Part shown: one piece after another, positions 1 to 9,913 of the stretch
Layout: each line of letters begins with the position of its first letter
Numbering within the stretch: the stretch's first letter is position 1
Origin: a virus
Taxonomy: Duplodnaviria; Caudoviricetes
Reading direction: 5' to 3' (one strand)
Length of the DNA: 64,000 nt
Virus record (IMG/VR): IMGVR_UViG_3300031998_000004
Notes under the pieces: model-generated
What the model was told of the DNA's origin: nothing
The model's input: only the letters and a program-made list of their open reading frames with translations
Databases searched by the model: none
Position numbers and translations under genes: made by a program

Positions 1-2
1 AT

Positions 3-1727
3 ACGGGGTGTACAATTAAAGAACTTGTTGAGGCATCAGAATCCGGGATGCTTGGAAGAGCTACTTATGCATATTCTGACTTTATGTATTGCAAACATCT
101 CGGGCAAATACCGAATAACTACCTTGTTACATTAAGGCGTTTTCCCACACCGGTGGATGATTACATATCGTCTGCGGGTACCCGCCCTGGTACAAGAAGA
201 GAAGTTGAATCATCTAACCCGGTACAAATGGGATGTATGGTTACTTGGATGAATACTCCCGGTAATAATCTCGAAGAGATATTGACCTATTCAGTTAATA
301 TGCCATACGAACAAAAACAGGCTCAATGGGAACAAGCTAATACAAGTGCAGATAATGGAAGCGGAATACTTAATGGGGCGGCTGCTTTATTTGATAGTAC
401 ATATAGAAGACAGTATCAAGCGGGATTTTCTGGTGGAGCCATTAATCCATATGTAGAAAAATTGTTTGGTGGTAAAAATCTTGGAATTAATCCTCCATAT
501 AGTGGAATGTTTGGATTTAGAGATCAAAATAAAGTATATGGTCCAGTAGATGCTGTTAAGAAAATTTATTATCGTGGACAAGATGGTATCAATTTTGATC
601 AAAATATCAAACTAACATTTGAATACGAATTAAGATCTTATGATGGCATTAACGGAAAACAGGCTATGCTTGATTTAATAGCCAATATTCTTAATGTTAC
701 ATATACCACAGGTACGTTCTGGGGGGGTGGATATTATGGTGGTGGCGCACATCAGAACAACGTATTTGCCAATCTTAATATTTTTAAAGCAAATGGTGGA
801 TTTACAAGTTTTGTTGATGCATTTTCAAAAGACCTGAGTAATTTTCGAAATTCCGCAACGGGGAGCACGCTACTCGGGGCATGGAGAGGTAATGCAGATA
901 GCATACAAGAAGTAATAGCGTTGATTAAAGGATTTTTAAACGATCTTGGTGGTATGTTGATTGGTGGTATGTTGAATAAGTTGGGTAGACCTCAAAAAGC
1001 AATGGTTAACTCACTCCTATCTCCAGCACCTACCGGCCTATGGCATCTCACCATTGGAAATCCATTTCATCCCATTATGTCTATGGGAAATATGATTTTA
1101 AAAAACACAACAATCACCCATACCGGTCCGCTCGGACTCGATGATTTTCCAACGGGACTCAAAGTTGTATGTGATTTAGAAAGAGGAAAACCTAGAGATA
1201 TACGAGAAATCGAATATATGTATATGAATGGAAATGATAGAATATATCATACCATGGGTCCAAAAATTTTGGATATGTATACACATGCGGAAACATATAA
1301 AGGAGAAGGGTTAACAAGTTTTTTAACACCCGACTCATTCTCATCTGTAATTAGTGCAATAGAAAAAAGAAACTCACCAACCGATGGCAATGATAAATCA
1401 AATGATGGATTAACCGCAGTCGAAGTTTCATCGGAAACGGTTTGGGATGAAAAAACTGGTGGTGTCAAAACCGCAGGAAAAACAACAATAAAACCTGGTT
1501 ATATTACATATGATGCAAATGGTAATAGAACAGTGAATGAGAACCTTGCTAGTACTTTAGGATTAAGTTATGGATCAATTCGAGGAGAAGGAGCAGGATA
1601 CAATTCATTAAATCTCATGAAATACTTTGGTACTGACGACGCATATCCGATTTACGTACAAGCTTGTGAGCAAGGGTATGGCGCTTGGAAGAAACAAGAA
1701 GGTACTACTGATAATAGTCTTCAATAA
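3..1727 (+). CDS. Large conserved jumbo-phage protein, probably virion/baseplate-associated (5'-partial)
   Basis: Frame is open from base 3 (TGCTIKELVEASESG-M48); Gly-rich; directly upstream of the gp4-like gene. Confidence 0.45.
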   Translation, partial: TGCTIKELVEASESGMLGRATYAYSDFMYCKHLGQIPNNYLVTLRRFPTPVDDYISSAGTRPGTRREVESSNPVQMGCMVTWMNTPGNNLEEILTYSVNMPYEQKQAQWEQANTSADNGSGILNGAAALFDSTYRRQYQAGFSGGAINPYVEKLFGGKNLGINPPYSGMFGFRDQNKVYGPVDAVKKIYYRGQDGINFDQNIKLTFEYELRSYDGINGKQAMLDLIANILNVTYTTGTFWGGGYYGGGAHQNNVFANLNIFKANGGFTSFVDAFSKDLSNFRNSATGSTLLGAWRGNADSIQEVIALIKGFLNDLGGMLIGGMLNKLGRPQKAMVNSLLSPAPTGLWHLTIGNPFHPIMSMGNMILKNTTITHTGPLGLDDFPTGLKVVCDLERGKPRDIREIEYMYMNGNDRIYHTMGPKILDMYTHAETYKGEGLTSFLTPDSFSSVISAIEKRNSPTDGNDKSNDGLTAVEVSSETVWDEKTGGVKTAGKTTIKPGYITYDANGNRTVNENLASTLGLSYGSIRGEGAGYNSLNLMKYFGTDDAYPIYVQACEQGYGAWKKQEGTTDNSLQ

Positions 1728-1730
1728 TTT

Positions 1731-2180
1731 ATGGATATTAAAAACTTTAAGCCATCAAAGTCTTCTCGTTACAGTCAAGGTTATATCAATGCAGGATCTT
1801 GCAAAAAGATCTTCCCCCAATTTGAACATGATAAAGTGATATACCGATCATCGTACGAGAAGACTTTTATTTATTGGTGCGAACGAAGTCCACGAATCAA
1901 ACACTGGGCCTCGGAGTGTATTTCTGTCCCCTATCTCGACCCAGAAGGCAACTGGCATCATTATTATCCCGATTTCTTTGTAGAGTATGCTGATGGAAAG
2001 TATGCTGTGGTAGAAATAAAACCATCCTCTCAAACAAAGCAACCTGTTAACGAAAACAGTTGGTTTGCGAAAGAATGGCGTAAAAATTTCTGTAAGTGGA
2101 AATCCACTAAAGAGTTCTGTGATAGTAAAGGTTGGGACTTTAAGATCCTAACCGAGAAGACTATTGCAATGATGGGTTAA
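1731..2180 (+). CDS. Head completion nuclease, T4 gp4 / TnsA-like
   Basis: Motifs YRSSYE, WASE, YYPDF, VEIKP, and C-terminal FKILTE. Confidence 0.85.
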   Translation: MDIKNFKPSKSSRYSQGYINAGSCKKIFPQFEHDKVIYRSSYEKTFIYWCERSPRIKHWASECISVPYLDPEGNWHHYYPDFFVEYADGKYAVVEIKPSSQTKQPVNENSWFAKEWRKNFCKWKSTKEFCDSKGWDFKILTEKTIAMMG

Positions 2181-2397
2181 TACTTCTCCAATCACCAGCA
2201 AGAAAATTCCCAAGATCTTCAGGTTTCCACCCACAACAATCAATCACATATGATGCACAAATTTCTATAGCTCGTTTAGTATCTTGACTTAGATACTGCA
2301 TATTACTATCTGTTTCCTTACACCTCTCATAATATTCGATTCCGCCTCGCTTGTAAGCAAAGAGCAAATTTTCGAAATAATGTTCTTCGTTACTCAT
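2161..2397 (-). CDS. Hypothetical protein
   Basis: 78-aa ORF in a tightly packed minus-strand run. Confidence 0.6.
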   Translation of the reverse strand: MSNEEHYFENLLFAYKRGGIEYYERCKETDSNMQYLSQDTKRAIEICASYVIDCCGWKPEDLGNFLAGDWRSINPSLQ

Positions 2398-2399
2398 AA

Positions 2400-2666
2400 T
2401 TATTCAGCGGGTTCGTAAGTCTCTTCAAATATATCCGGTTTGCAAGGATAGAACTCACCACGGACTCCTTTAATAATCCAATCACCTTGACTGGCATGCA
2501 TAGGACCTTCAAGTGTGTGAATATGAATCTCTGATTTCATTTCCCCATCTCTCATATGGTTGGTTATACGGATATCAGCTCGATTAACAAATTCGAGCAC
2601 TTCATTGACATTTTCTCCTGTCCACTGCAGGGCTTCAATGACTACTGGTTTCTTTCTGTATTTCAT
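2400..2666 (-). CDS. Conserved phage hypothetical protein (KYRKKPVVIEA...GEFYPCKPDIF family)
   Basis: Matches a widespread phage family from memory. Confidence 0.8.
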   Translation of the reverse strand: MKYRKKPVVIEALQWTGENVNEVLEFVNRADIRITNHMRDGEMKSEIHIHTLEGPMHASQGDWIIKGVRGEFYPCKPDIFEETYEPAE

Positions 2667-2676
2667 ATTTTTTTAT

Positions 2677-2883
2677 TTAATTTTTAGGTTTTTCTGGTAA
2701 AGGCATCCAATACTCCACCTCCAAAGCATCACATTCGTGGTCGTCACCATCAAATGTATCCCAACTCTTGTAGTAAGCGTTCCAATAAAGGATAGTTACT
2801 TCTCCGCGATACCATACAAGACAAGGAGTATCCTCTGTATATGGTGGTCTTAATATTTCTGTTTTAATCCATTCCATATTCAT
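2677..2883 (-). CDS. DUF551-like protein
   Basis: N-terminal MEWIK...P and C-terminal VEYWMPLPEKP. Confidence 0.7.
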   Translation of the reverse strand: MNMEWIKTEILRPPYTEDTPCLVWYRGEVTILYWNAYYKSWDTFDGDDHECDALEVEYWMPLPEKPKN

Positions 2884-3338
2884 AAATTAAATTTTAATTC
2901 TTCTTGCAATTCCTTTCTTTTATCTTCGAGTTGTTTTACTTGCATTATTTGTTGTATATTTACCTTTACGGCACCACTCGTGTTAGTTTGATTGGATATA
3001 CCATAAATATCTCGAATTTGTGATTCAATATCGCGTATTGATGCAAGTATTTCTTTACACCGATTTTTCTTCTTTTCAATCTCCTCTTTATCCGATGAGG
3101 TCATAACACGATCTTTTATACCTCTTAACCAATCAATTTGTTTATATTTGAATTCAATACCCTTTTTGGTATTTTCTTTTTCCTCGATGGTTGAATGTGG
3201 ATCTTCGAATGTAAACTCGTAAGCATCTATTAATGTTAAAAGTTCTATCTCTATAGAACTCAATATTTTATCATCATCCTCGGTCCAATTCATATTACTT
3301 ATTAACTCTTTGTTTATCGCCCTGCCACTGACCATCAT
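2880..3338 (-). CDS. Hypothetical coiled-coil protein (true start probably slightly downstream)
   Basis: ORF packing; Glu/Lys-rich helices. Confidence 0.55.
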   Translation of the reverse strand: MMVSGRAINKELISNMNWTEDDDKILSSIEIELLTLIDAYEFTFEDPHSTIEEKENTKKGIEFKYKQIDWLRGIKDRVMTSSDKEEIEKKKNRCKEILASIRDIESQIRDIYGISNQTNTSGAVKVNIQQIMQVKQLEDKRKELQEELKFNL

Positions 3339-3798
3339 ACATATGAGATTCTCCTACTGGATAACTCTCAAACACGAGGGCCTGAGCCATCCTGGCACCT
3401 TTGTCAATACTGATAGGGAGAATGACATGAAGGAAACAACCAACGTTATCTGTATGGAACCCCGCGTCGAACTGTCCCGAATGACATATTGCTCCGCACC
3501 TTACAAGACTCGACCTGGTCTTGATTTGGAGAGTTGCATTGTTAGGAATATTACATCCTTCCTCAAATTCTACTTCATAGTATCCCGGACTAAGGACATA
3601 TGTCTTGTCATCAAAAGGACGCATTGATACTGACGGTGGAGTAATGGTTTTTCCGGTTTCTGGTACGTGCCCACTAGCCTTTTCATTTACAATTTTAATA
3701 TCCTTAACCCGCAGGTCTATACCCTGTTGCTGCATACCAGCAACTACTGATTTAGTAATAATACCTCTTTCAACAATCTGTGCTCCTGTTAACTGCAT
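3295..3798 (-). CDS. dUTPase / dCTP deaminase family protein
   Basis: Motifs GIDLR, RSSLVR, FDAGF, RMAQ and C-terminal YDGQWQG. Confidence 0.85.
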   Translation of the reverse strand: MQLTGAQIVERGIITKSVVAGMQQQGIDLRVKDIKIVNEKASGHVPETGKTITPPSVSMRPFDDKTYVLSPGYYEVEFEEGCNIPNNATLQIKTRSSLVRCGAICHSGQFDAGFHTDNVGCFLHVILPISIDKGARMAQALVFESYPVGESHMYDGQWQGDKQRVNK

Positions 3799-4546
3799 AC
3801 TCTTTGTTTATGTTTAGTTTATTGTAATCTCTATCAAACATTTTAATATCTAAAAGAAACTCATTAAATAAAGTCTTCCAAGGAATACAGATACACACCC
3901 CGTACCACTCCTTATCTCCAACTCTCGTCCAAGACTTTAAGAGTTCTGCATTATGTCCCCAAATCTTACAAGGATATACACCATTACAACTATGGTCTCT
4001 ACCTTGTTTCTTTTCCTCCGCCTGGATAAACCTATCAATAGTATCCCAATCCCATTCAGTTGAGACTTTTTTCACCATATCATAGAAGTAACGATTTGCA
4101 CATACTTCGTAGAAATGTTTAGGTGTTACGTAGAGATAGTAATCAGGACCTTCTCCCGTGTTGGTTGGTTTAACTGCCCAACCTTGTTTCTTTCCTTCGA
4201 AGTCACTCCAGAGTTCAATACACATATCCCCAGTATCCCATTGACGGAACTTTTCAGAGAAGTTCAACCAGAACACATCAAGGGATTTTGCATACAATTG
4301 TATAGAACAGTCTACATCCAGATCTTGAAGAAACCGTTGACTGGGGTTTTTATAATCATATCTACGAATCTGTGTTGCGTGTAGATATCTCGTGTAAAAT
4401 TCATCTGCAATGGGTTGTCCGATCTTTTCCACGTAGAGACAATCTCGAAAGCTCTCACCCGTGGAAGTATAATCTTCCCATCGACCAGTTAAAGAGTTTT
4501 CACAACGCAAGTTTTTTGGGTTTTCCCATAATATATCATTACTCAT
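3770..4546 (-). CDS. Putative PD-(D/E)xK-fold nuclease
   Basis: D-V-D...S-E-K-F-R...D..IE..S...GW pattern. Confidence 0.45.
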   Translation of the reverse strand: MSNDILWENPKNLRCENSLTGRWEDYTSTGESFRDCLYVEKIGQPIADEFYTRYLHATQIRRYDYKNPSQRFLQDLDVDCSIQLYAKSLDVFWLNFSEKFRQWDTGDMCIELWSDFEGKKQGWAVKPTNTGEGPDYYLYVTPKHFYEVCANRYFYDMVKKVSTEWDWDTIDRFIQAEEKKQGRDHSCNGVYPCKIWGHNAELLKSWTRVGDKEWYGVCICIPWKTLFNEFLLDIKMFDRDYNKLNINKEYAVNRSTDC

Positions 4547-4556
4547 GTCATAAAAT

Positions 4557-4584
4557 ATAAAAAAGAGCTATTTAATATAGCTCT
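4557..4584 (-). terminator. Intrinsic terminator
   Basis: AGAGCTA-7nt-TAGCTCT hairpin with an A-run (U-run on the minus strand) after the methyltransferase. Confidence 0.55.
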
Positions 4585-4587
4585 CTT

Positions 4588-5415
4588 CTAATTAGTCTTC
4601 TTTGAAAACACTGCTTTTATGTGAGTAAAATCTGTATCTCCCAACGTAATAGAGAAATCTTCTTCAATCTTGTCTTTTATGAAAGGAACAATGAATCGAA
4701 TGAAATAATCAAGATTGTAAGAATCTTTGAACATGTCTAAAAAATCTTCAATATCGATAGGGAAATAGTTTTCGTTGACTTCTCTATTCCAATTAATCTG
4801 CCAACGATACTTGAGAAGATAATGAAGAGCGTTATGTTTGTTTTCAATAGGCCCCCACTTTTCACAGAACTGTTCCCTCCTTTCCTTAGGTACGTTGCCC
4901 TTTGCGTCCCATTTGATATTGTTTATCCATTCAACCGGAGTGGGAGTAGCGAGGGTGTCCCAGGGAACCATCATATCACGAACACATATATAATCGAATC
5001 CTGTGTCGAGCACTCTCTTCCAGAATGTATCAATGTCTTCGCGACTCTTGGCATAGGAGTAAACTTCGTGAACCACTGAAGAGAGAATGAGCACTTTCTT
5101 TTTATCATTGCCCAAAAGTTCATACCGAACATCGTTCCAATCGGAAGTGAAAAGTACGTTCTTGGGAGATTCTGAAATCTTCGTACGCGCGATATCAATC
5201 ATCTGTTCGGAAATGTCAAATCCAATGTACTGATTATAAGGATTCAAGGAATGATAGAGTGCATCGATAAGAGAGCCATCAGCACAGCCGAAATCTACAA
5301 AGACATATCCGAACTCATTAGGAAGGTGCTCGAGAAAGAACATTTTATCCTCGAGACCTTTCGCCATGTTCTGATTGTAAACCTTCAGGTTTTCGAATTT
5401 CTTACCTACTTCCAT
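4588..5415 (-). CDS. Class I SAM-dependent methyltransferase
   Basis: VDFGCADG motif I, GFDISEQM, LSSVVHE. Confidence 0.8.
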   Translation of the reverse strand: MEVGKKFENLKVYNQNMAKGLEDKMFFLEHLPNEFGYVFVDFGCADGSLIDALYHSLNPYNQYIGFDISEQMIDIARTKISESPKNVLFTSDWNDVRYELLGNDKKKVLILSSVVHEVYSYAKSREDIDTFWKRVLDTGFDYICVRDMMVPWDTLATPTPVEWINNIKWDAKGNVPKERREQFCEKWGPIENKHNALHYLLKYRWQINWNREVNENYFPIDIEDFLDMFKDSYNLDYFIRFIVPFIKDKIEEDFSITLGDTDFTHIKAVFSKKTN

Positions 5416-5418
5416 ACC

Positions 5419-5658
5419 TTAGTTGAATTTAGGGAGAACGAGATAAGCATCATGAAGATGCTTGAGGAGATTATCGACTGTGATATGATCGGTGTGCCAA
5501 CCATTAATTATGATACGATCCGGAAAGATTTCAAACTCGTCATTATGAGTTACTCGACCACTGGTATAGCCTTTCTCTTTAAGAACTATTCTGATGTCGC
5601 TTACAATCTCCTCATGTAACCGCCAAAATGCATTTTCGTTTTTTACGTAAAGATCCAT
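5419..5658 (-). CDS. Hypothetical protein
   Basis: 79-aa ORF preceded by a conserved upstream motif. Confidence 0.6.
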   Translation of the reverse strand: MDLYVKNENAFWRLHEEIVSDIRIVLKEKGYTSGRVTHNDEFEIFPDRIIINGWHTDHITVDNLLKHLHDAYLVLPKFN

Positions 5659-5674
5659 AGTACAATTATTTTAT

Positions 5675-5690
5675 GAATTTAATTAACAAA
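5675..5690 (-). promoter_or_regulatory. Conserved upstream motif TTTGTTAATTAAATTC
   Basis: Identical copy at 17178-17193; variants at about 8 further sites upstream of minus-strand starts. Confidence 0.55.
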
Positions 5691-5708
5691 CCCACTTCCA
5701 ATCTTTAA

Positions 5709-6620
5709 TTAGAAATCAAACAAACTCATCTCAATACTTCCATCAGGGTTAAGTGTTTGATAACCAATAGCTTCCAAGATTCGATTGAACGGATCAATCA
5801 TATATTGACGGAACATCTCATCACGAGAAACAGGCGCATACTGATCAGCCCACTTCGGATACTTGCCTCTCTGGAATGCAAAGTATTGAACATCGCTTTT
5901 CGGACTAGCTCCTAGTGGCCTGTACATATAAATCTTAAACTTACTCCCACCATACATTGGTTCACCAGGAAGATTGTATTTCTGTCTTAACCAGTTATAT
6001 GTGCCAAGAGCTCGTGGGCCGGGTGGGCATTTGGGATTCACTTTCAATCCGCTAGGGTCAGAGTCATTCGCTATATATTTGGTGTATCCATTGACTCCAA
6101 TACTTGCACAGATATCCTCTAGAGGAGCTTCGAAAAATTTCTTCTTCTCTTCCTGCATCTTGATGTTAAGTTTTTGAGTCATGAATTGTTCGTCTTCCTC
6201 TTCAAGCAAATAACGAACCATCCGCTTCAGACCTTCGCGAGCTGCCTTAGGAACACTAGATTTGATCATTTCGAGACCTTTGACTTTCAGTGGAAGATTA
6301 TCTGTGTCGAAGGCCTTGCCGTCTTTCCAGAGAAGGAGTTGCGCGTAACGTTTCTTTGTATCTAATCTAACTTCTTGATAATTAAGGGTTTCCAGTTCAA
6401 AATTTTGAACGCTTTTTGCATGCCGCCCTTTATAATATTCGTTCATGAACTCTCTATTATGAGCATCAAGAAATTCTGTATTAAGGCGAACAAGAAAATC
6501 TCTTATTTGTTCAATAGACCATTTTTCAACTCCTTCAATTGTTTGAATAAGATTATTATAACACAAGTATGCGCTATCTGTGTCACCTCCAGTTATAGTA
6601 ACTAATTGTTTTTCTTGCAT
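5709..6620 (-). CDS. Family B DNA polymerase, C-terminal subunit (motif C, thumb)
   Basis: GGDTDS, KKRYA, KGLEMIKSS; ends in EMSLFDF, a clamp-binding-like tail. Confidence 0.9.
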   Translation of the reverse strand: MQEKQLVTITGGDTDSAYLCYNNLIQTIEGVEKWSIEQIRDFLVRLNTEFLDAHNREFMNEYYKGRHAKSVQNFELETLNYQEVRLDTKKRYAQLLLWKDGKAFDTDNLPLKVKGLEMIKSSVPKAAREGLKRMVRYLLEEEDEQFMTQKLNIKMQEEKKKFFEAPLEDICASIGVNGYTKYIANDSDPSGLKVNPKCPPGPRALGTYNWLRQKYNLPGEPMYGGSKFKIYMYRPLGASPKSDVQYFAFQRGKYPKWADQYAPVSRDEMFRQYMIDPFNRILEAIGYQTLNPDGSIEMSLFDF

Positions 6621-6632
6621 GTTAAAATATAT

Positions 6633-7763
6633 TTAAATATCAAGATTAATTTTTAATGTATTTTTTATGAAATCTTTAATATTAATTCCGTTTTTATAAT
6701 CAATTTCCCATACAATAATTGTATTAATATTTCTGAGTTCCTTTAATTTTTTTATTTTATACTCATCATTATCCCATATCTCTTTGGCGGTAATTTTTAA
6801 ATTAAATGGATTTGGATGATCTTCTTTTTTATAAACCCGAGGATCTGCGTGAAATGTAGTTCCGTTGAATTCTATGCATAAATTTAATTCATCAATAAAG
6901 TAATCTAAAAATACATATTTATCTTTTAAATTAATACCAAATTCTCTATTTTTTGTTGCATAATATGTTGTGTATTTTGGAGATAAATATTTATCTAATT
7001 CATTAAAAAATATTTGTGAAATTTCTGAATAATATTGAGGCGCTTTGTTAATTTTCTCCATATACATGTTCATTCCGACTTCTTCTCCATACCTTTTAAT
7101 ATAAGCTTCAATCGTTTGTGATTTTGCTTTGTTAATACTATTCGCTTTTTCTTCTCCATAAGTTTTCACCATATATTCCCAAGATTTTGTTTCTGATTGC
7201 CTTTCACAATACTTATTCCACATTTTTCTTCCTTCTTCCTCTCCATGACGATTAATAAGATTTTTTAATGTAACAGCCCGCGATTTATTGTATTCTTTGA
7301 ACTGCTTTTCTGTCCACCCATATTTTTCTTTTTTATATTCAAATGTATTGGTTTTAGATTGTTTTTTACAATATTCATCCCAAATTTTATTTCCTTTTTC
7401 TTCTCCATACTTTTCAATCATATGTTTCTGAGTCATCGCATATTTTTCACGAGTTCTTAAATATACATCTTCTGGAATATCAAATGCATATTTTGTAGAT
7501 TCACACATTGTACAAAATGAACGTATCGGAATTTTTATATTTGGGAATTTTTTAAGTAGGCATTTTTGACATATTTGTAATGGATATGTGATGTCTTCTA
7601 CAATTTTAGAAGTTAAATAACTTTTACCTTTAATATGTAATTTATTATACTTATCAACATATACACATGTATTATCATATATTATATCTTGACCACAACA
7701 TTTGCATTTACTCCTTACAATATTATTATCATTTAATATTTTTGTGTATTCCTGTATCTCCAT
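6633..7763 (-). mobile_element. Free-standing homing-endonuclease-like gene (Vsr/DUF559-type C-terminal nuclease) between the two polB halves
   Basis: CxxC pairs, repeated KYGEE.G helices, LDYFIDELNLCIEFNGTTFHADP, IVWE; very AT-rich. Confidence 0.8.
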
Positions 7764-7852
7764 AAATCAATATATTATTTAAGTTAATAATAATTAATTC
7801 GTAGATGAATATTTAAATATTTTTATTTTTGTATTAAACCAGTATCTCCATA
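7751..7852. repeat. 14-bp imperfect direct repeat CC(T/A)GTATCTCCATA (7751-7764 and 7839-7852)
   Basis: Read directly; one mismatch. Confidence 0.7.
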
Positions 7853-9826
7853 TCATGACATTTTCTTAACAGTTATTCCTAATTTTTTATGTAACTCTTT
7901 AGCGTCGTACCAGTTATTTTGAAACCATTGTGGTATATGATCCATCATAATATGTATGATATTTCTAGCTTCTGCTGTTATACAATTTGCGAGATTCATA
8001 TGGAACCAGAAAAAAGCAATATGAGAGCTGCCCCCGTAAAGTGAGTTCATAATGTACTTCACTGCTTGTTCATATGAACTTAAATATTCTATCTCATCAT
8101 GTAGTTTAATAGAAAACTCTTTTAATTCATCGCACATCTTCAAAAGATCTCCAGTGTTCTCAATATGGTACCCAATCTCATCAACTCCTTTCACTACGTC
8201 ATCTGGATACTTCTTATTATCGACTACTTTACCATCAAGAATATGTTTAGTGTCATTCATCACAGTAGCATCCATCTTCTTATATAGATACTTTGCTCGG
8301 TTTCTGTTTTGAGCAAGCTGAGTTTGAATAATCCTAAAAGCGTAATCCTTATCGTTCTTAAACACACATCCCGTTACACTGACAAAGTAATTAGGATCTT
8401 TCCGATATAGATCGAGTTTCTCGTCATTTAAAAACTTTCCGATATAATCTCCCAACTCAGGTTTCTCAAGAGAACCTTTATTTTTATATACTTCTGGACC
8501 AACAACAATATATTTTACCGGATCGGCTCGATACGGATCTAGTTTGGCATCATCCCAATATGCACCTACGTAGTTTTCCACACTGATATTAGTTGTACGG
8601 ATGGTTGATGGATATAGAGAAGCAAAGTCATTACAACAAACAAACTTATGTTTACCTGGTGTTGGTATCCGGACATAAGCCCCTAACAATCTCCCTCTAT
8701 CTACCTGTTTCTCCTCAGGAACCACTTTAATACCGTTTTTATAGAAATAATCCCAGAACATTGCTTCAGACAACGCAATCTTACTAAAACACTTACCTAT
8801 CATCTCGTTACAGTAAAGCGCCTGAGCATAGATGTTTTGCATCGTCTTAAACTTCTTATCAAGTAACTGTACAAGAAGACTATCAATACCATTATAGAAT
8901 ACATATCGGTCATAGTCTCCTCTATATAAGTCATCCAAAGAACCGTCATACTCAATCTTATGAGAATGAATCATCTCCCCAGCGACAAAATCCAAACTCA
9001 TGCTTTCTTTAATCGGCATCACCACATAGTCGAAGTTTTCTATAACATCCATCATATCGAGCACAAGTGTATGACATGGTATAGATAGTCTCACCTTCTC
9101 CTGTCTCTGATCGGTGTAGTTCTTCGATGTCAATGTCTTATTCATCGAACACATCCCAAACCAGATATTAGGAAAATAGAACTTACAACGGTTCTGTATA
9201 TACTGCCAGTCAAAGAGAATTGAGTTCCATCCAGCAAGGACTGGAACAATAGCAACAATCTTTTCTAGGAAATACCTAAGCATTGACTCTTCACTAGGAA
9301 AGACCACATACTTAATCTTTGGCATCGGAAGTCCCAGTTCGTGGAAGTATTCAAGGTTATTTATATACTCTTCAAACCTACTCTGAAGGAGAGCATCCCC
9401 TCCGGGACCAAGGGGACGAGTTCCAAGGATCATCACATTACATTCAGGAGACACAATAGAAATGGTTGTGATGGGGAACTTCGCTTGTGTGGGATCAGGG
9501 AACTCTTCTACATCATCTGGAGAGAGCCTAGTGAGTGTCTCAATATCAAATGTATACAGTTTTGGATTAGTTTTTCCACGCAAGAGCTTCTGGTATTGCT
9601 CTGGTAGTTCGGTTATGTAATTGCGAATATCAAACCTGTGCGGACGTTCGGTCCAACGGACATCACATTTGCTTCCGTCCCAATTAGTGAACTTGCCTGT
9701 TGGTGTTTTGTAATAGGATTTGAATCTTTCAACGTTGAAATTAAGAACTTGTTTTGCGCCGTTTTCCTTGATATAGGAGATGGAAAGATTCTTTTTGTTA
9801 GAATTATAGTTGTAGTCGAGTATCAT
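7853..9826 (-). CDS. Family B DNA polymerase, N-terminal subunit (3'-5' exonuclease, motifs A and B)
   Basis: FDIET (ExoI), GWNSILFD (ExoII), YNGID (ExoIII), NDFASLYPS (A), KYIMNSLYG (B). Confidence 0.92.
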   Translation of the reverse strand: MILDYNYNSNKKNLSISYIKENGAKQVLNFNVERFKSYYKTPTGKFTNWDGSKCDVRWTERPHRFDIRNYITELPEQYQKLLRGKTNPKLYTFDIETLTRLSPDDVEEFPDPTQAKFPITTISIVSPECNVMILGTRPLGPGGDALLQSRFEEYINNLEYFHELGLPMPKIKYVVFPSEESMLRYFLEKIVAIVPVLAGWNSILFDWQYIQNRCKFYFPNIWFGMCSMNKTLTSKNYTDQRQEKVRLSIPCHTLVLDMMDVIENFDYVVMPIKESMSLDFVAGEMIHSHKIEYDGSLDDLYRGDYDRYVFYNGIDSLLVQLLDKKFKTMQNIYAQALYCNEMIGKCFSKIALSEAMFWDYFYKNGIKVVPEEKQVDRGRLLGAYVRIPTPGKHKFVCCNDFASLYPSTIRTTNISVENYVGAYWDDAKLDPYRADPVKYIVVGPEVYKNKGSLEKPELGDYIGKFLNDEKLDLYRKDPNYFVSVTGCVFKNDKDYAFRIIQTQLAQNRNRAKYLYKKMDATVMNDTKHILDGKVVDNKKYPDDVVKGVDEIGYHIENTGDLLKMCDELKEFSIKLHDEIEYLSSYEQAVKYIMNSLYGGSSHIAFFWFHMNLANCITAEARNIIHIMMDHIPQWFQNNWYDAKELHKKLGITVKKMS

Positions 9827-9913
9827 AATTGCTCAATGTAATTTACTTGTTAGATTCAAATAAATATATGTATCTTACCTTTATTATTTAAATGAGATTT
9901 TAACGCATATGAT

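Noticed and set aside
6621-7852. Group I intron or intein in polB
   Set aside because: In-frame stop before the insert, no room for a ribozyme core, no matching U/G splice junction restoring the frame, no intein C/HN motifs; the downstream half has its own ATG
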